DNA of 64,000 nucleotides from Rebecca billardiae RCC1528 (Eukaryota; Protista; Haptophyta): contig OZ251228.1 of NCBI GenBank assembly GCA_965240325.2, positions 434,001 to 498,000 of the forward strand. The letters are read 5' to 3'. The position numbers were made by a program, and so were the translations under genes. The notes under the pieces were generated by a model. That model ran no database searches, was not told the DNA's origin, and worked only from the letters and a program-made list of their open reading frames with translations. Positions within the stretch are counted from its first letter, which is position 1, and each line of letters begins with the position of its first letter. This document shows, one piece after another, positions 9,851 through 21,767 of this stretch.

Positions 9851-12800
9851 TCAGGCGCGCGCTGCGCGGCTGTCGCCGACGTCCAGCCGGGTGTGCGCTG
9901 CCGGGGGACGATGTGCGCACGCGTGTCGACACTCGCCTTCGCCTGCGCACGGACGCCGCGCGCGTGCGACACGCGTCATCACGTGGCGCGCCGCGCGTGG
10001 CAGTGGCGCATGGGCGCACGCGCCGCGGAGGGCAGCTGCGCGCGCGCGGCGCACCGTTGCGCGTCGAGCCGCCTGGCGCTCGAGAAAGCGCTGCTGCCGG
10101 GCCGCCGCATCGGCGCCGAGCCCGGCCGTCTCGGCTGGTACGAGGAGGAGGCCGCCGCGCGCCGCCGAGGACTCGACAAGCGAGGGAGCGCTCGGCGCGG
10201 CGCTTGGCACGGCGCCCTCCGAGTCTCCCGCGAGCGCGGACCAAGACGGTGAGGGTGGCGCGGAGGGCTGCTGCCGCCGCGCCACGGATCACGCGGGGCA
10301 CGGGACGGGGCCGGCACGGGGTGTCGATTAGAGGGCGTGGGCGGCAGTCGCGCGGGCGGGGTGGCAGGCTGCTTGGCGGGGCGATGGGCGTGCAGGCGCC
10401 CTGGGTGGTCTGCAGGGCATGGGCTGGTGCACGAACGCTCGCCGCGGCGCGCGGGACGCGTGCCGCGGGGCGTGATGGGCCTCACCTCGCGCGCTGCACC
10501 CCGGCGCCCATCGACGCTCTCGGCATCCGCGCCCGAGAGATCGGCGCTGCTCCGCAGGTCGCTCTTGCCGCCGCGGCCACTGACGCCCTGTCGAGCATGC
10601 CGGGGCGGTGAGGAGTGCGCAGTCGCCGCTGGAGCTGACGCGCGCTCGGAGGACTCCTGCTGCGCGGCAGCGCACTTGCCCAGCGCGCCCACGACGGACG
10701 CCGGCGTGTTGGCCGCGACGCGCGCGTCGCCCAGCGCCCGCCGCACGAACGGGTGCGTGTTCGAAGCGACGTACTGCTCACGCAGCGCGCGCGCCACGCC
10801 CGCGGACACGGGCCCGCCACGCGCCGGCCGCGGCGCGCTGCCGCCGTCGCTGTCGTCGGCGTGCTCGTCCTCACTGCTGTCGGCAGCAGCGCGCGCGCCC
10901 GAGCTGCCCCGTGCGCGACCGTGCTCGGCATCGCCACGTGCGCTGCCGCCGCCGCCGCCAGCATCGACGTCGGCATCGTCGTCGGCACCGCCATCGGCCG
11001 CGCCCTCGGCCCAAGCCTCGTCCGCAGCGGCAGCCGCGCACTTGCCCAGCGCGCCCACGACGGACGCCGGCGTGTTGGCCGCGACGCGCGCGTCGCCCAG
11101 CGCCCGCCGCACGAACGGGTGCGTGTTCGAAGCGACGTACCGCTCACGCAGCGCGCGCGCCACGCCAGCGGACACGGGCCCGCCACGCGCCGGCCGCGGC
11201 GCGCTGCCGCCGTCGCTGTCGTCGGCGTGCTCGTCCTCACTGCCGTCGGCAGCAGCGCGCGCGCCCGAGCTGCCCCGTGCGCGACCGTGCTCGGCATCGC
11301 CACGTGCGCTGCCGCCGCCGCCGCCAGCATCGGCGTCGGCATCGTCGGCATCGTCGTCGGCACCGCCATCGGCCGCGCGCTCAGCCCAAGCCGCCCTGCC
11401 CACCCGCGGCGCCTCGTCCGCAGCGGCAGCCGCGCACTTGCCCAGCGCGCCCACGACGGACGCCGGCGTGTTGGCCGCGACGCGCGCGTCGCCCAGCGCC
11501 CGCCGCACGAACGGGTGCGTGTTCGAAGCGACGTACTGCTCACGCAGCGCGCGCGCCACGCCAGCGGACACGGGCCCGCCACGCGCCGGCCGCGGCGCGC
11601 TGTCGTCGTCGCTGTCCCCATCCGCCGCAGTCGCGCGTGGCTCGGCGCCGGAGCTGCGCAGCGCGCCCCCCGCGCCGCCACCCTCTGCGCGGGCCGCGCC
11701 GCCGCGGGCGTCGGCGCCCGCTCGCGCGCCGCCCTGCGTCGAGCGCGCAAACTGCCGCTCAAGCGCGTCAGCGACGGACGGCGGGATGGCCACCGAGGCG
11801 GCGTACTCGGCGAGATAGGTATCTCGCATCCGGGAGGCGAAGGAGGCGGGGGCCTCGTGCGAGGACTCGCGCGACGCGACGGGCGGTGGCGACGCTGGCG
11901 ACTCGGAGCCGCTCCCGCTGTCGCTCGAGCCCGTACAGGCGTCGGTGCGGGCGCGCGCGCGGCTGGGTGGCTCTGCGTTGCCGTGCCTGTGCGCGTCGCA
12001 GGCGGCGCGGCGCGTGGCGGCGCGCTGTGGAGCCACCTCGCCGCCGCCGGCCACCTCGGCGGCGGCTGCGCTGGCGGTGGAAGCATCGGCGGTCGTGGGC
12101 TTGGTGCAGTCGCCCTTGCCGCCCCCCTCGGCCGCCCGGCCAGCGGCTTCGCCTCCGAGCGCGCGCTGCGGCACGCTCACCGCCTCCACGGCCACGCCGG
12201 CCACGACGTTCGTTCGCGCGCCGCCGCTCTGCGTCGGCCCCGCGGCCAGCCTGTCGCGCAGCGCCGCGAGCACCGAGGGCGCAACGGCGCCGCCCGCCTG
12301 CTCGCGGGCGCGTGCCGCCGCGTGCTCCGCCGCGCGCGAACTGTCCTCTGCCACGCGTCCATCACCGGTCGTCGTGGTGTCCGGCGGCGCCGGTGCGGAC
12401 GTCGGCAGGGCGGAGCGCATCGCTCCCGCCGAGCCGTCGCTCGCAGCAGCGTCCGGCTTGGGCTCGGCGCGAGGCAGCGAGCTCGCCGCCGCGCGAGACA
12501 GCCGCAGCGTGCTCCGTCGCGCCGAGCCGAGCCCAGCGCTGCCGCCTGCGCCCGCGCGCTCAGCGCCCGCATCCGTCGAGGTCACGGCCCGCGAGCGCGC
12601 GCCCGCGGGGCCTGACTCGTCTGTCGGCGCAGCACCACGCACCGCCCCCGTGCAAGCGGGCGGGCGGGCGCCCCCAGGCATCATCGTGACGATCTGCTGC
12701 AGCCCCAGCACCGACGACTTCATCTCACGGATCGCCGCGCTCAGGCACTCGGCGCGCGCGAGCTCGGCGCCGTGCCGCGGGTCCAGGCCCACGCTGGCCC

Positions 12801-13891
12801 GAGCGAGCGGGACGGGGGAGGCGCCGCCGCTGCGCTGTGAGCTCCGTGCTGGGCTCGCGCGTGCGCGCGGCCCGTGCTCGTGCTGCTGCGCCTCCGCGGG
12901 AGCGACGGCGGCAGCGCCGACGCCCTCGCTCGCGTGCGCGCGGGCATCGGCCGCGTGCCGGGCGCCAACTGCCGCCGCGGCGGCCGCGCCGACCGAGCCC
13001 GCGGCCGCCGCGTCGGCTGCGGGGCGCAGACCGTCAGTCGAGACAGTGCCCACGACTTGCGCCTGGGTCGGCGCGTCCGGCAGGGCGGCGGCCGCGTCGA
13101 CTGACGCGGCGGGCGCGAGGACCGCGCCCGTGCCCAGCCCGCCCGGCGCGCCACCGCCGCCCTCGCGCTCGGCAGCATGCGCACCGACGCTGCGCACAGC
13201 CCACGGCTGCGCGCCGCCCGCCGCCGATCCAGCCGACGACGTCGCCGGTGAGCCAACTGTCAGCGGCTCCCCGCCCTCGCCCAGGTCTTGCGCCGGCAGG
13301 CGGTCCGGCGAGCCGTCGGCGTGCGCGCGTGCGCCGGCGCGAGCGCCGCGCCGCGCCGCCATGATGGCGTCCGCTTCCTCCGCCGCGGCCTGCATGCGAG
13401 CGAAGAGCTCGTCAGCACTCGCCTCCGTCGGCCTGGCAGCGGCGCGCGCAGCGGCGGGCGCGGCGGGCGCGGCCGAGGCGCGGCGGCCCGTCGGCGCGGC
13501 CGAGGCTGAGGCATGGTCGATGCCGCCCGCGGCTGGGGCGCGGGGCACAGGGCTCGCGGCGCGCGCGGGCTGCGCGGGCGCGGCCAGGGCAGCTGAGCCA
13601 GCAGGGCGCTCAGCCGAAACACGACGCCGGCTGTCCTCCTCCGCCTCGGCCTCGGCCTCGGCCTCCGCATCCGCCTCCGCGTCCGCGCGCACAACAGGCG
13701 CCGCAGCGCGGGTCACCGCCGCCGCTCCGGTCGTCGTCGTGCTGGCAGCCTGCGCCTCCTCCGCCGCCTCCTCATCCGCATCGGCATGGCTGTCGCCGTC
13801 ATTGGCAACTTCGCCGTGCGCGCCACCACCGTGAGCGCCGCCGCTGCGAGTGGCACTGTCGTCGCCATTGCCCTCACGGCTAGCGGCGCCG

Positions 13892-13940
<49 letters not shown>

Positions 13941-16740
13941 TGTTGTCGCCATCGTCGGCCTCGCCCTCATCGAGCGCACCCTCGTCCTCCGCCCAGCCGG
14001 AGCCGTGCTTCTCGGTCGCCGAGGCCGAGACGCCCTGCTCCTCCCCGTGGACCTCCTCCATCGCATGCCCGAGCGCAATGCGCCCATCCGCCGGCATGCC
14101 GCCGCCGCCGCTGCCGCCGCCGCCGCCGCCGTCGCCCGCGCCGTGCACAGCACCGCCGAGCCCAAACGCGTGGAAGAGATCGGCGAAGACGTCACCGCCG
14201 CCATCGTGCGCGGCTCGAGGTGCGCCGCTCGGCGCCGCGGCGCCGCCGTGCCACGCCTCGCCGCCCTCGGCCCGCCCCGCGCCGAGTGCGCCGTCCGCGT
14301 GCCGCGCGCGGGGCGCGTCACCAGCATGGCCGCCGCCAGCATGGCCGCCGCCGGCGTCTCCCCAGCTCCCCTCTGAGCCCTCCGCCTCGAGGGCCGCTGG
14401 GAGGCCCCAGTGCGCGGCGGCGGGGATGCCGAGCGCGCGTGCCGCCGCCTCGAGCGAGACCTCCGCATCGCCGCCGGCCTGGCGGGTAGCATGGCTGCCG
14501 GGCGCGCCGGGCGCCGCCGCCGGGCTCGGCGGCGGGGAGGTGGAGGCATCAGCTGCAGCCGCGGCGGACACGACGAGAGCGGTGGCGTCCTCGGCCGAGC
14601 CGGGCGGCGCGTGGCCCTCCGCGCCGGCGAGGAGGGCGAGCCCGCCCACCTGCGTGCTCACCGACGTCGTGCGCGCGGTACCGGCGTATCTGGCGGCCGC
14701 ATCGGCGGACGGCGCACAGCGGCCCGCAGCGTGCGAACGTGCGGCCGCGCCGCCGAAGAGGCTGGGCGCGTGCGCCGAGCCGTCGGCGTCGGCCGCGCGG
14801 CGCGCGGCGCCGGGCGAGGCGCCGAGGAGGGCCGAGATCTCGTCAAGCCGGCGCCGAGTCGGGCTGAGCCCCTCGAGGCCACGCTCGGCGCGCTCGGTGC
14901 GCGCCGCCGCCTCGGCCGCCTCGCGCAGCGCGCGGTCCGGCGAGTGGCAGGTAACGGCCGCAACGGCCGTAACGGCCGTAACGGCGCACCCGCCCGCGGC
15001 AGACCGGCGGCCGCCGCCTGCCGCGTCATGCCGAGCGCGCGCCGCGCTGTACGGCGGCGAGCTGCCGGCGTAGCGCTGCGCGCCGCGCGCCGCGCGCGCG
15101 CCGCCTCCCGGCGCCGCGCCCGTCTCCAGCTGAGCGAGCGACACGCGCGCCACGTCGCCGTCCGCGCCGCCGGGCCCCACGCGGCGCGCATGCTCCACCC
15201 AGGCGTCCGCGGCCGCGGGCGGGCGGTCAGCGGAGGCCGTGCCGGCGGCAAGCTGAAGCGTCTCGACGGCAGAGGCGTGGCCGAAGCCGTCCCCGTGGGC
15301 TGTCTCGAGGTCCGCGCCGCGAGCGCTGCGCCAGAGCGCGCCGTGAGCCTGCGCGTCGCCGCCGCCGCCGCCGCCGCTCGCTCCCGCCAGCCGGCGATCG
15401 CCCGACCCGCCCGGCCGTGCCGCCGGTGGCGGCGCAGGCGCCCACTGCCGCCGCCGCCGATCCGCGCCGGCTGCGCCACCGGCGGGCAGCGCGTGCGCGT
15501 CCTCCTCCGCGCGCGCGCGCGTCTCGGCAGCCGCCGTGCGCAGAACCCCGGCGCAGTGGTGCCGCGACGTCGCAAAGTCTGCTGCGGCGCTGCCGCCGCG
15601 GTGTGCGCCCGCCGCGCCCGGCGCGACTCGGCCGCCGACGGACGCTGCGAGGGCAGGCTCGCGAGGCGCGGCGTCGGGCGTGGCGTGCTCGCGCTCGCGC
15701 TGCAGCGCCACCGCGCGCGCCGAGCGCGCCGCCTCCGCCTGCGCCGCCGCCGCGCGGAAAGCCGCCGCCTCCGTCGCGCGCGCGTTCACGCTCTTGCGCT
15801 CACGCGTCGCCGCGTCCGACGCGCGCGCGAAGCGCTCGAGCTCGTGCGCACGGCGCTCGTCGCGGCGCGCCTCCTCCTCCGCCTCCGCGCGCGCGCGCGC
15901 CACGCGGAGGTCCTCCGCCTCGCGGTGCGCCGCGCCCATCTGCGCGCGCAGCGCCGCCGCTTGCGCCTCGAGCTCGGCCTGTCTCGACTCGTGCGCTGCG
16001 CGCTGCGCCTCCACCTCCGCCGCGGCGGCCGCGACCGTCTCGGACGCGCGCAGGGCACGGTAGCGCTCGCGCGCGCGGTGCGCGAGCTCGCTCTCGCGCC
16101 GGCGCACGTGGATCAGCCGCTCTGCGCGCTGCTGCGCCTTCGCCGCCTCGAGCATGCGCGACTCCTCGTTCGGAGACGGCAGCAGAAGCTTGCGGCGCGG
16201 CGCGGTGAGCTCCGCTCCGCGCGACGTGCCCGCGCCGCGCGCGGCGGACTTGGACGCGTCGGCCGCGGGCCCAGCCGACGCCGCAACGCGAGCGGCGGAG
16301 CCGAATGCGGACCGGCGGGCCGGCACGAGCGTGAACGGCGAGGACGCCAGCTGCCCAGGCGCGCGCTTGGTGGCTGCGGGCGCTGGCCGGACAATCGACA
16401 TCGGCGTGCGCTCGATGCTCGAGTGCACGCTGCCGCCGCCGGCGGCGCAGGCGTCGCGGGCGGATGGTGACGGTGTGAACGCACCGATCGCATGCCACGG
16501 CCTCGCCGCTGCCCATGGCTCGGCGGGGCGCGCGCGCGGGCCTGCGGGGCCGTCATTGGCCGCGCTCGCGCTGAGCACGTGCGGCGAGAGATAGGCTGCG
16601 CGACGGCGGGCGGGCGCGGGCGCGGGCGCGGGCGCGATGGATTGGTGCGCGCTCACGCCGCACGTTCCAACCCCCCGCGCGCGCGACGGCGGGGTGCGCG
16701 CATCTGCCGCTCCGCGCGGCCCCGCACCGCGTGCTTCCAT
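9851..16740 (-). CDS. Very large low-complexity protein with CEP295/Ana1-like N-terminal coiled-coil domain; both ends uncertain
   Basis: Uninterrupted frame of more than 2000 aa (ATG candidates 16740 and 16401). LPSPNEESRMLE...RAERLIHVRRRE...LRAQMGAAHREA recalls human CEP295 LSPNEE...RKLRLLQVREQE...LRSMGEGHRQA. Likely phase-0 intron 10485 to about 10271, with a terminal exon ending near 9851. Confidence 0.65.
10670..11612. repeat. Near-identical coding tandem repeat, about 366-396 bp unit, about 2.5 copies
   Basis: GCGCACTTGCCCAGCGCGCCCACGACGGACG recurs near 10670, 11036 and 11432. It encodes APRPARGGPVSAGVARALREQYVASNTHPFVRRALGDARVAANTPASVVGALGKCAAA three times. Confidence 0.92.
13894..13939. 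repeat. (GTC)n trinucleotide repeat encoding poly-Asp on the minus strand
   Basis: Direct reading of the sequence. Confidence 0.9.
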
Positions 16741-16959
16741 GTGCAAGAGCCTTCGAACCCCCGCCGACCGGCCCGTGTGTGCAGCGCTGCCAGCTGTGTC
16801 GCAGTTGCAGGTCGCCAACGGTCTTTTCCGCCAGGGCTGTCCGGGACGCCTCGAGCGGTCCGGATTGGGGAAAAGTACTTACGCGCTCGAGCCGCGCTCA
16901 GCACCGCGGGCCTTGGCCGCTGCCCGCGTCGCGCCCACCCCTCGCGTCGGTCACGGACG

Positions 16960-18441
16960 ATGAGCCAGTCGCTGCGACTGCTGCGCAAGCTCGCCGAGCG
17001 CGGCAACGCGCAGGCGCAGTACGACCTCGCGATGCGCTACCTGGAAGGCAAGGACGTCGACAAGGACGCGACCATGGCTGTCGGCTGGCTGCGCAAGGCG
17101 GCCGAGGCCAAGCACACGAAAGCGAGTCTGGAGCTTGGCCACTGCCTTCGCGAGGGCGACGGGGTCGCGCCGGACGCCGCCGCAGCCGTCGAGTCTTACA
17201 CGCGTGGCGCTGAGCTCGGCGACGCGGAGTGCATGACCGCGCTGGGCGTGGCCTTCCACAAGGGCGTCGGCACCGCCCAAGACGTGTCGGCCGCCGTGCA
17301 CTGGCTGCAGCGTGCCGTGGACGCTGGGGACGTGCCCGCGCTCTCCCAGCTCGGCCTGTGCTACCAGAAGGGCGATGGCGTGCACCTGGACCAACGCCGC
17401 GCGTTCGAGCTCTTCCTCCGCGGCGCCGAGCAGGGCGAGCCCGAGGCGCAGTACTCGCTCGCAGGCTGCTACTACCGTGGTGTGGCCGTGCCAAAGGACA
17501 AGTCGATCGCGATGCGATGGCTGCGCCGCTCGGCGGCGCAGGGGAACGAGATGGCGAAGACGCAGCTCGCGGGGTACGGCGGCAGCGTGCGCGGCGGCGA
17601 GGACGACCCCGTGGCGAAGGCGACGGTCATCCTCGGCTGCGCGGAGCAGGGCGATGCCGGAGCCATGTACGATCTGGCGCGCAGGCTCCGGGCAGGCGAG
17701 CCGGCGGTCGAGGGGCTGGTGGCCAGGGAGGGGCACGGGGAGACGGCCGAGCAGCAGGGCATGCGCTGGCTGCTGCGCGCCGTGCAGCACGGCGATCGGC
17801 GCGCGCAGGACGACCTCGCGACGCAGTGCTGGGACGGGGGCGACGCGGTGCCCCAGGACCGGGAGCGGGCGCTCCAGCTGTGGCGGCTGTCCGCCGAGCA
17901 GGGCTGGGCACCGGCGGCCATGGCGCTGGGCGAGCGTCTCGCACGCGGCGAGGGCGTGGAGGCGGACTACGCGCAGGCAGAGCGCTGGCTCGGCCTCGCT
18001 GTGCGGGAGGGCCTCGGGCCCGCCATCCCCCTCCTCGCCGACCTGCTGCTCACCAAGAAGGGCCGGCCGACCGAGGCGGGCCGGCTCCTGTCGTGGGCGA
18101 TCGAGTCGAACGTGAAGGGGGCGCTCGAGAGGCTGGGTGCCGCCGACGTGGCGCGAGAGCCCGCGATCGTGGCGCACGTGTGCACGGGATGCGGGCGGGG
18201 CAAGACGTCGAGGGCGAGGGTCACGCTGCGCGCGTGCTCGCGCTGCGGCGTCGCGCGCTTCTGCGGGCCGGAGTGCCTGAGGCGCATGTGGCCGAGTCAC
18301 AAGGCCTCGTGCGCGCACTGGGTGAAGAACCCGCCCGTGGCCGAGGCCGAGGCCGACGGCGACGGGGCTGCGGAAGCAGACGGCGAGGTGCCACTGGGCG
18401 CCGTGCAAAGGATTTCGGTGATTCGCAGCAACCGCAGCTGA
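16960..18441 (+). CDS. Sel1-like repeat protein with C-terminal MYND zinc finger
   Basis: About 8 repeats of the type AEQGxxxAQYxLGxxYxxGxGVxxDxxxAxxW. C-terminus CTGC...LRACSRCGVARFCGPECLRRMWPSHKASC. Confidence 0.92.
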   Translation: MSQSLRLLRKLAERGNAQAQYDLAMRYLEGKDVDKDATMAVGWLRKAAEAKHTKASLELGHCLREGDGVAPDAAAAVESYTRGAELGDAECMTALGVAFHKGVGTAQDVSAAVHWLQRAVDAGDVPALSQLGLCYQKGDGVHLDQRRAFELFLRGAEQGEPEAQYSLAGCYYRGVAVPKDKSIAMRWLRRSAAQGNEMAKTQLAGYGGSVRGGEDDPVAKATVILGCAEQGDAGAMYDLARRLRAGEPAVEGLVAREGHGETAEQQGMRWLLRAVQHGDRRAQDDLATQCWDGGDAVPQDRERALQLWRLSAEQGWAPAAMALGERLARGEGVEADYAQAERWLGLAVREGLGPAIPLLADLLLTKKGRPTEAGRLLSWAIESNVKGALERLGAADVAREPAIVAHVCTGCGRGKTSRARVTLRACSRCGVARFCGPECLRRMWPSHKASCAHWVKNPPVAEAEADGDGAAEADGEVPLGAVQRISVIRSNRS

Positions 18442-19041
18442 GGCAGTGGCCGGCGGTGCCGGTGCGGACTGCGACGGGCGTGCGGAGATCACCCACCACT
18501 CAATGCTACTCAGCCTACAGTCTGCTGTACTACAGACCTGGTAGTCCTAGCACTCATGAATCGGCACGTTGCCAGGCCCATATATATATCTCTCTCACGA
18601 TGATGATTCATCGTCGTCACGACGACTGCGCTGACTCCGTACTAGTTCGGAGAACGCGCTGCCTAGCTACTAAGCTGACTCAGGCTCGTGCGGGACTCAC
18701 ACTAGTCTGACTAGTCACAGCGGGTGACTGGCAGCTTGGCACTGAGACGTCCGATTCCGAGTCGCCGGGCCGACTCCGAGTCCGGATGACGGGACGACGA
18801 ATTACAGCGAGCGCATCATCGCCGACAGTGACGACGCCGCCGCTACTGCTCCACGACTCGACGATATCATCATGTCGTTACAACTACAAGCCGCACGGGT
18901 CCGTGGCCGGTGACCGTGACCGCCGCTGGTAACCGCGGAACCCCCAGACGCCAGACGGGCCGACGACGAGAGAGTGACGTGCGTCACCGATTCACAACTG
19001 CTGGCACGGCAGCCCTGGGAAGGTGGTCGGCTGGCGGGCGG

Positions 19042-20694
19042 TCAGCTCCACTGGCCGGGCTCGATCCAGCCGCGCTGCAGCGCCGTCTCCAGCGACCACT
19101 GCGACTGGTCGCCCCACACGCAGCCCGGCCCGCCTACGTAGTTGAACGTGGGCGCGCGCCACGCCCAGTAGAAGCCGCCCAGCCGGCCGTGGCGCGTGAG
19201 CTCGGCGATCTGCTTCCGCGCAAAGTGGCGCAGCAGCTCGTCCTGCTCCGGCTGCGAGAGCCGCACGAACTCGTCGCCCGCCGACGTGCCCGGCGGCGGC
19301 ACGCGCAGCGACCACTCGCCGGCGAACGCGTGCCGGCCCGCCATGTCCAGCAGGTCAGACTGCAACGTGACCGCCTCGTCAGTGACCACGCAGAGCGGGA
19401 GCGAGCTGAGCGGCGCCGGGAGGAAGGCGTAGTACAGGTGCAGGTCGACGAGCACGTTCGGGTGCTCCGGCGGCGTGAGCTCGCGGTTAAACACCGGCCA
19501 CACGTCCTCGAAGACGGAGAGCACGCCGTTGGCCGAGTAGGCGTTGATCACCAGGGCGACGGTCTCGGCAGACATGCCCGCCGCGCGCACCGCACGGCTG
19601 GCGCGCGTGTACACGTCGAGCAGCACGTGCGCGGGGAGCTCGGGCTCGTTCACCAGCTCGAGCGCGACCACCGCCGTGCGGTTGGCGTACCGCCGCGCCA
19701 GCGCCTCGAGCGCGCGCACCGTGCCGTCCGCGTCGAACCACGATGGCTGCCACTCACCGTGCGCTTCGCGACCGGTCGTCTGTGCGCCGCTTTGGCCGCC
19801 GGGCGTGCCGTGCAGGTCGAGCACGAGCTTGAGCCCGGTCTCCTCGGCCCAGCGCACGGCGTCGTCCACGTGCCCCAGCCCGCGGCCGGTGTGGTACGGC
19901 GCCGACGGCGCGACCAGCCAGTGCGGGATGGGCAGCCGCACCGAGTTGAGACCCGCCGCCTTGATCGCGCGGAAGTCGTGCACCGAGATGAACGCGTCGC
20001 GGAAGTGGTCGATGAGGTGGAGCGCGTCGCGCTCGCGCAGCGCGCGGCTGAGGTGCCACTCGGAGGGCACCTCCTCGCACGACGTGTTCACGTACGGCGA
20101 GAGCACCGCGCCGCAGCACGCGGTGTCCCACCACTCCACGCCGCCCACGAGCCAGCGCTCAAGCAACAGCCAGCCGCCGAGGTTCACGCCGCGCAGCCGG
20201 CCGTGGCGCGCGACCCACGCGTCCGCCGCGGCGTCGTGCACTTGCGCGCGCCGGCTGATCGCCGAAGGCATCGCCTCGACGTACGACGAGCGCGCGAGGT
20301 CGAGCAGCGCCTTCTCGGACGCGGAGAGCGACTGCGCGCACCCGCTGTGCCTGGGCAGCAGCATGTGCATCAGATGCGGCACGAGCATGCTGATGGTGTG
20401 CGGCGCGAAGAGGGTGAGGAGCACGGCGGAGCCGAAGAAGAGCACGGTCAGCGTGCAGCACGCGCACAGTACCCGCCCGCACCGCCGCCTGCGCTTGAAC
20501 GCGGCGCTGTAGCCCAGGTCGCCAACGGCCGCGGCGGTGTCGGCCTCGGTGGCTGCGGCGAGCTCGAGCTCCACCGGCCGGTCGCACACGCTGGTCACGT
20601 GCACAGTCACACCGCCGGCACGCCCACCGGCGGAAGTTGTCGCCCGACCCGCGCGCGTGCCGCCCTCGTCGAGCGAGGCGACGCGGCTGCTCAT
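19042..20694 (-). CDS. Glycoside hydrolase family 5 exo-beta-1,3-glucanase-like, membrane-anchored
   Basis: LRGVNLGGWLLLERW, GLNSVRLPI, LDLHGTPGGQSG, ELVNEP (acid/base Glu), DLHLY, FAGEWS (nucleophile Glu). Hydrophobic helix after a KRRRR stretch, consistent with a type II anchor. Confidence 0.9.
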   Translation of the reverse strand: MSSRVASLDEGGTRAGRATTSAGGRAGGVTVHVTSVCDRPVELELAAATEADTAAAVGDLGYSAAFKRRRRCGRVLCACCTLTVLFFGSAVLLTLFAPHTISMLVPHLMHMLLPRHSGCAQSLSASEKALLDLARSSYVEAMPSAISRRAQVHDAAADAWVARHGRLRGVNLGGWLLLERWLVGGVEWWDTACCGAVLSPYVNTSCEEVPSEWHLSRALRERDALHLIDHFRDAFISVHDFRAIKAAGLNSVRLPIPHWLVAPSAPYHTGRGLGHVDDAVRWAEETGLKLVLDLHGTPGGQSGAQTTGREAHGEWQPSWFDADGTVRALEALARRYANRTAVVALELVNEPELPAHVLLDVYTRASRAVRAAGMSAETVALVINAYSANGVLSVFEDVWPVFNRELTPPEHPNVLVDLHLYYAFLPAPLSSLPLCVVTDEAVTLQSDLLDMAGRHAFAGEWSLRVPPPGTSAGDEFVRLSQPEQDELLRHFARKQIAELTRHGRLGGFYWAWRAPTFNYVGGPGCVWGDQSQWSLETALQRGWIEPGQWS

Positions 20695-20960
20695 GTCGCC
20701 CGTCCGCACGAGACGGGCAAAGAGGGCCAGCCGCTTTTGGGATTGCGCCCAGCGCCCGCGCGCCCATGATCTCCGATCCCTGGCTGCCCAGCTTGGCGGT
20801 TTTCAGTGCGACGCTTGGCGCGAAAGTTCATCGCAGCGTGCGGCCGGGACGATCCATATCTACAGTTTACTATATATATATATATATATGTTTTAACGTG
20901 CACACTTGGTCAAACAGTAAAATCGTCGTCGTCCTTGGGATCCGCCGACCTTCGGGCCGG

Positions 20961-21767
20961 ATGACGATGGCGTCCGCCGAGCTCGCCCTCTCATGTGTGG
21001 GCGTGGGTGTCGGGTACTTCACGGCGCACAGGCTCGCGCAGCGGTTGGCGCGCGGCAGCGACCAGTGCGTCTGGGAGCTTGCTGACGTGCTTTTCCACGT
21101 GCCGCACGTGCCGCTCCTCCTCGCGCTCGTCGGTGTGGCACTGAGCAAGCTGGGCGGCGTGGCGATGATGGCGGACGGCGACAGCGCCAGTTCAGTCCGT
21201 GCGCGATGGCACGTCGAGACGACGGAGACGCGCGTTTTCCTCGCTCTCTACGTTGTACAGAGCGTCGCACACATCGGCGTGCTCCAGCGCAAGCGAAACG
21301 TCAGCTCGCCGGCGGCGTACATGCTGCACCACGCGCTCAGCATCGCGTGCTATGGCTCGGCGCTCGCGACCGGCCGCATGCACTTCTGGGCCGTGCTCGA
21401 TGCGCTGTGCGAGGTGACTAACATCTTCCTGAACAACATCTTTCTCTTCCGCGCGCTCGGCTGGGACCGCACGCTGCCCACGCTGTACGTGCTCAACGGC
21501 GCGCTGCTGTGGGCCACGTACGTCGGCTTCCGGCTCGTCCTCTTCCCGGTGTGGCTCTGGCTCTTCTGGCGCGACGTCCGCGGCTGGCCCGAGCTCACGT
21601 GGGATCGGATCAACGCGTTCGAGCGGTACGCTTACGCGAGCACGACCGTGCTGCTCCTCGCCATCAGCACGCTGTGGTTTGGCCGGATCACGCAGGGCTT
21701 GCTGAACGCCGTGCGGCCTTCGCGCGCCAAGCGCGACGCACGCAACGGCAAGCAGTCGGGTGACTGA
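20961..21767 (+). CDS. TLC (TRAM/LAG1/CLN8) domain membrane protein
   Basis: Several hydrophobic helices. Motifs: MLHHALS, LCEVTNIFLN, NGALLWATYVGFRLVLFP. Confidence 0.85.
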   Translation: MTMASAELALSCVGVGVGYFTAHRLAQRLARGSDQCVWELADVLFHVPHVPLLLALVGVALSKLGGVAMMADGDSASSVRARWHVETTETRVFLALYVVQSVAHIGVLQRKRNVSSPAAYMLHHALSIACYGSALATGRMHFWAVLDALCEVTNIFLNNIFLFRALGWDRTLPTLYVLNGALLWATYVGFRLVLFPVWLWLFWRDVRGWPELTWDRINAFERYAYASTTVLLLAISTLWFGRITQGLLNAVRPSRAKRDARNGKQSGD

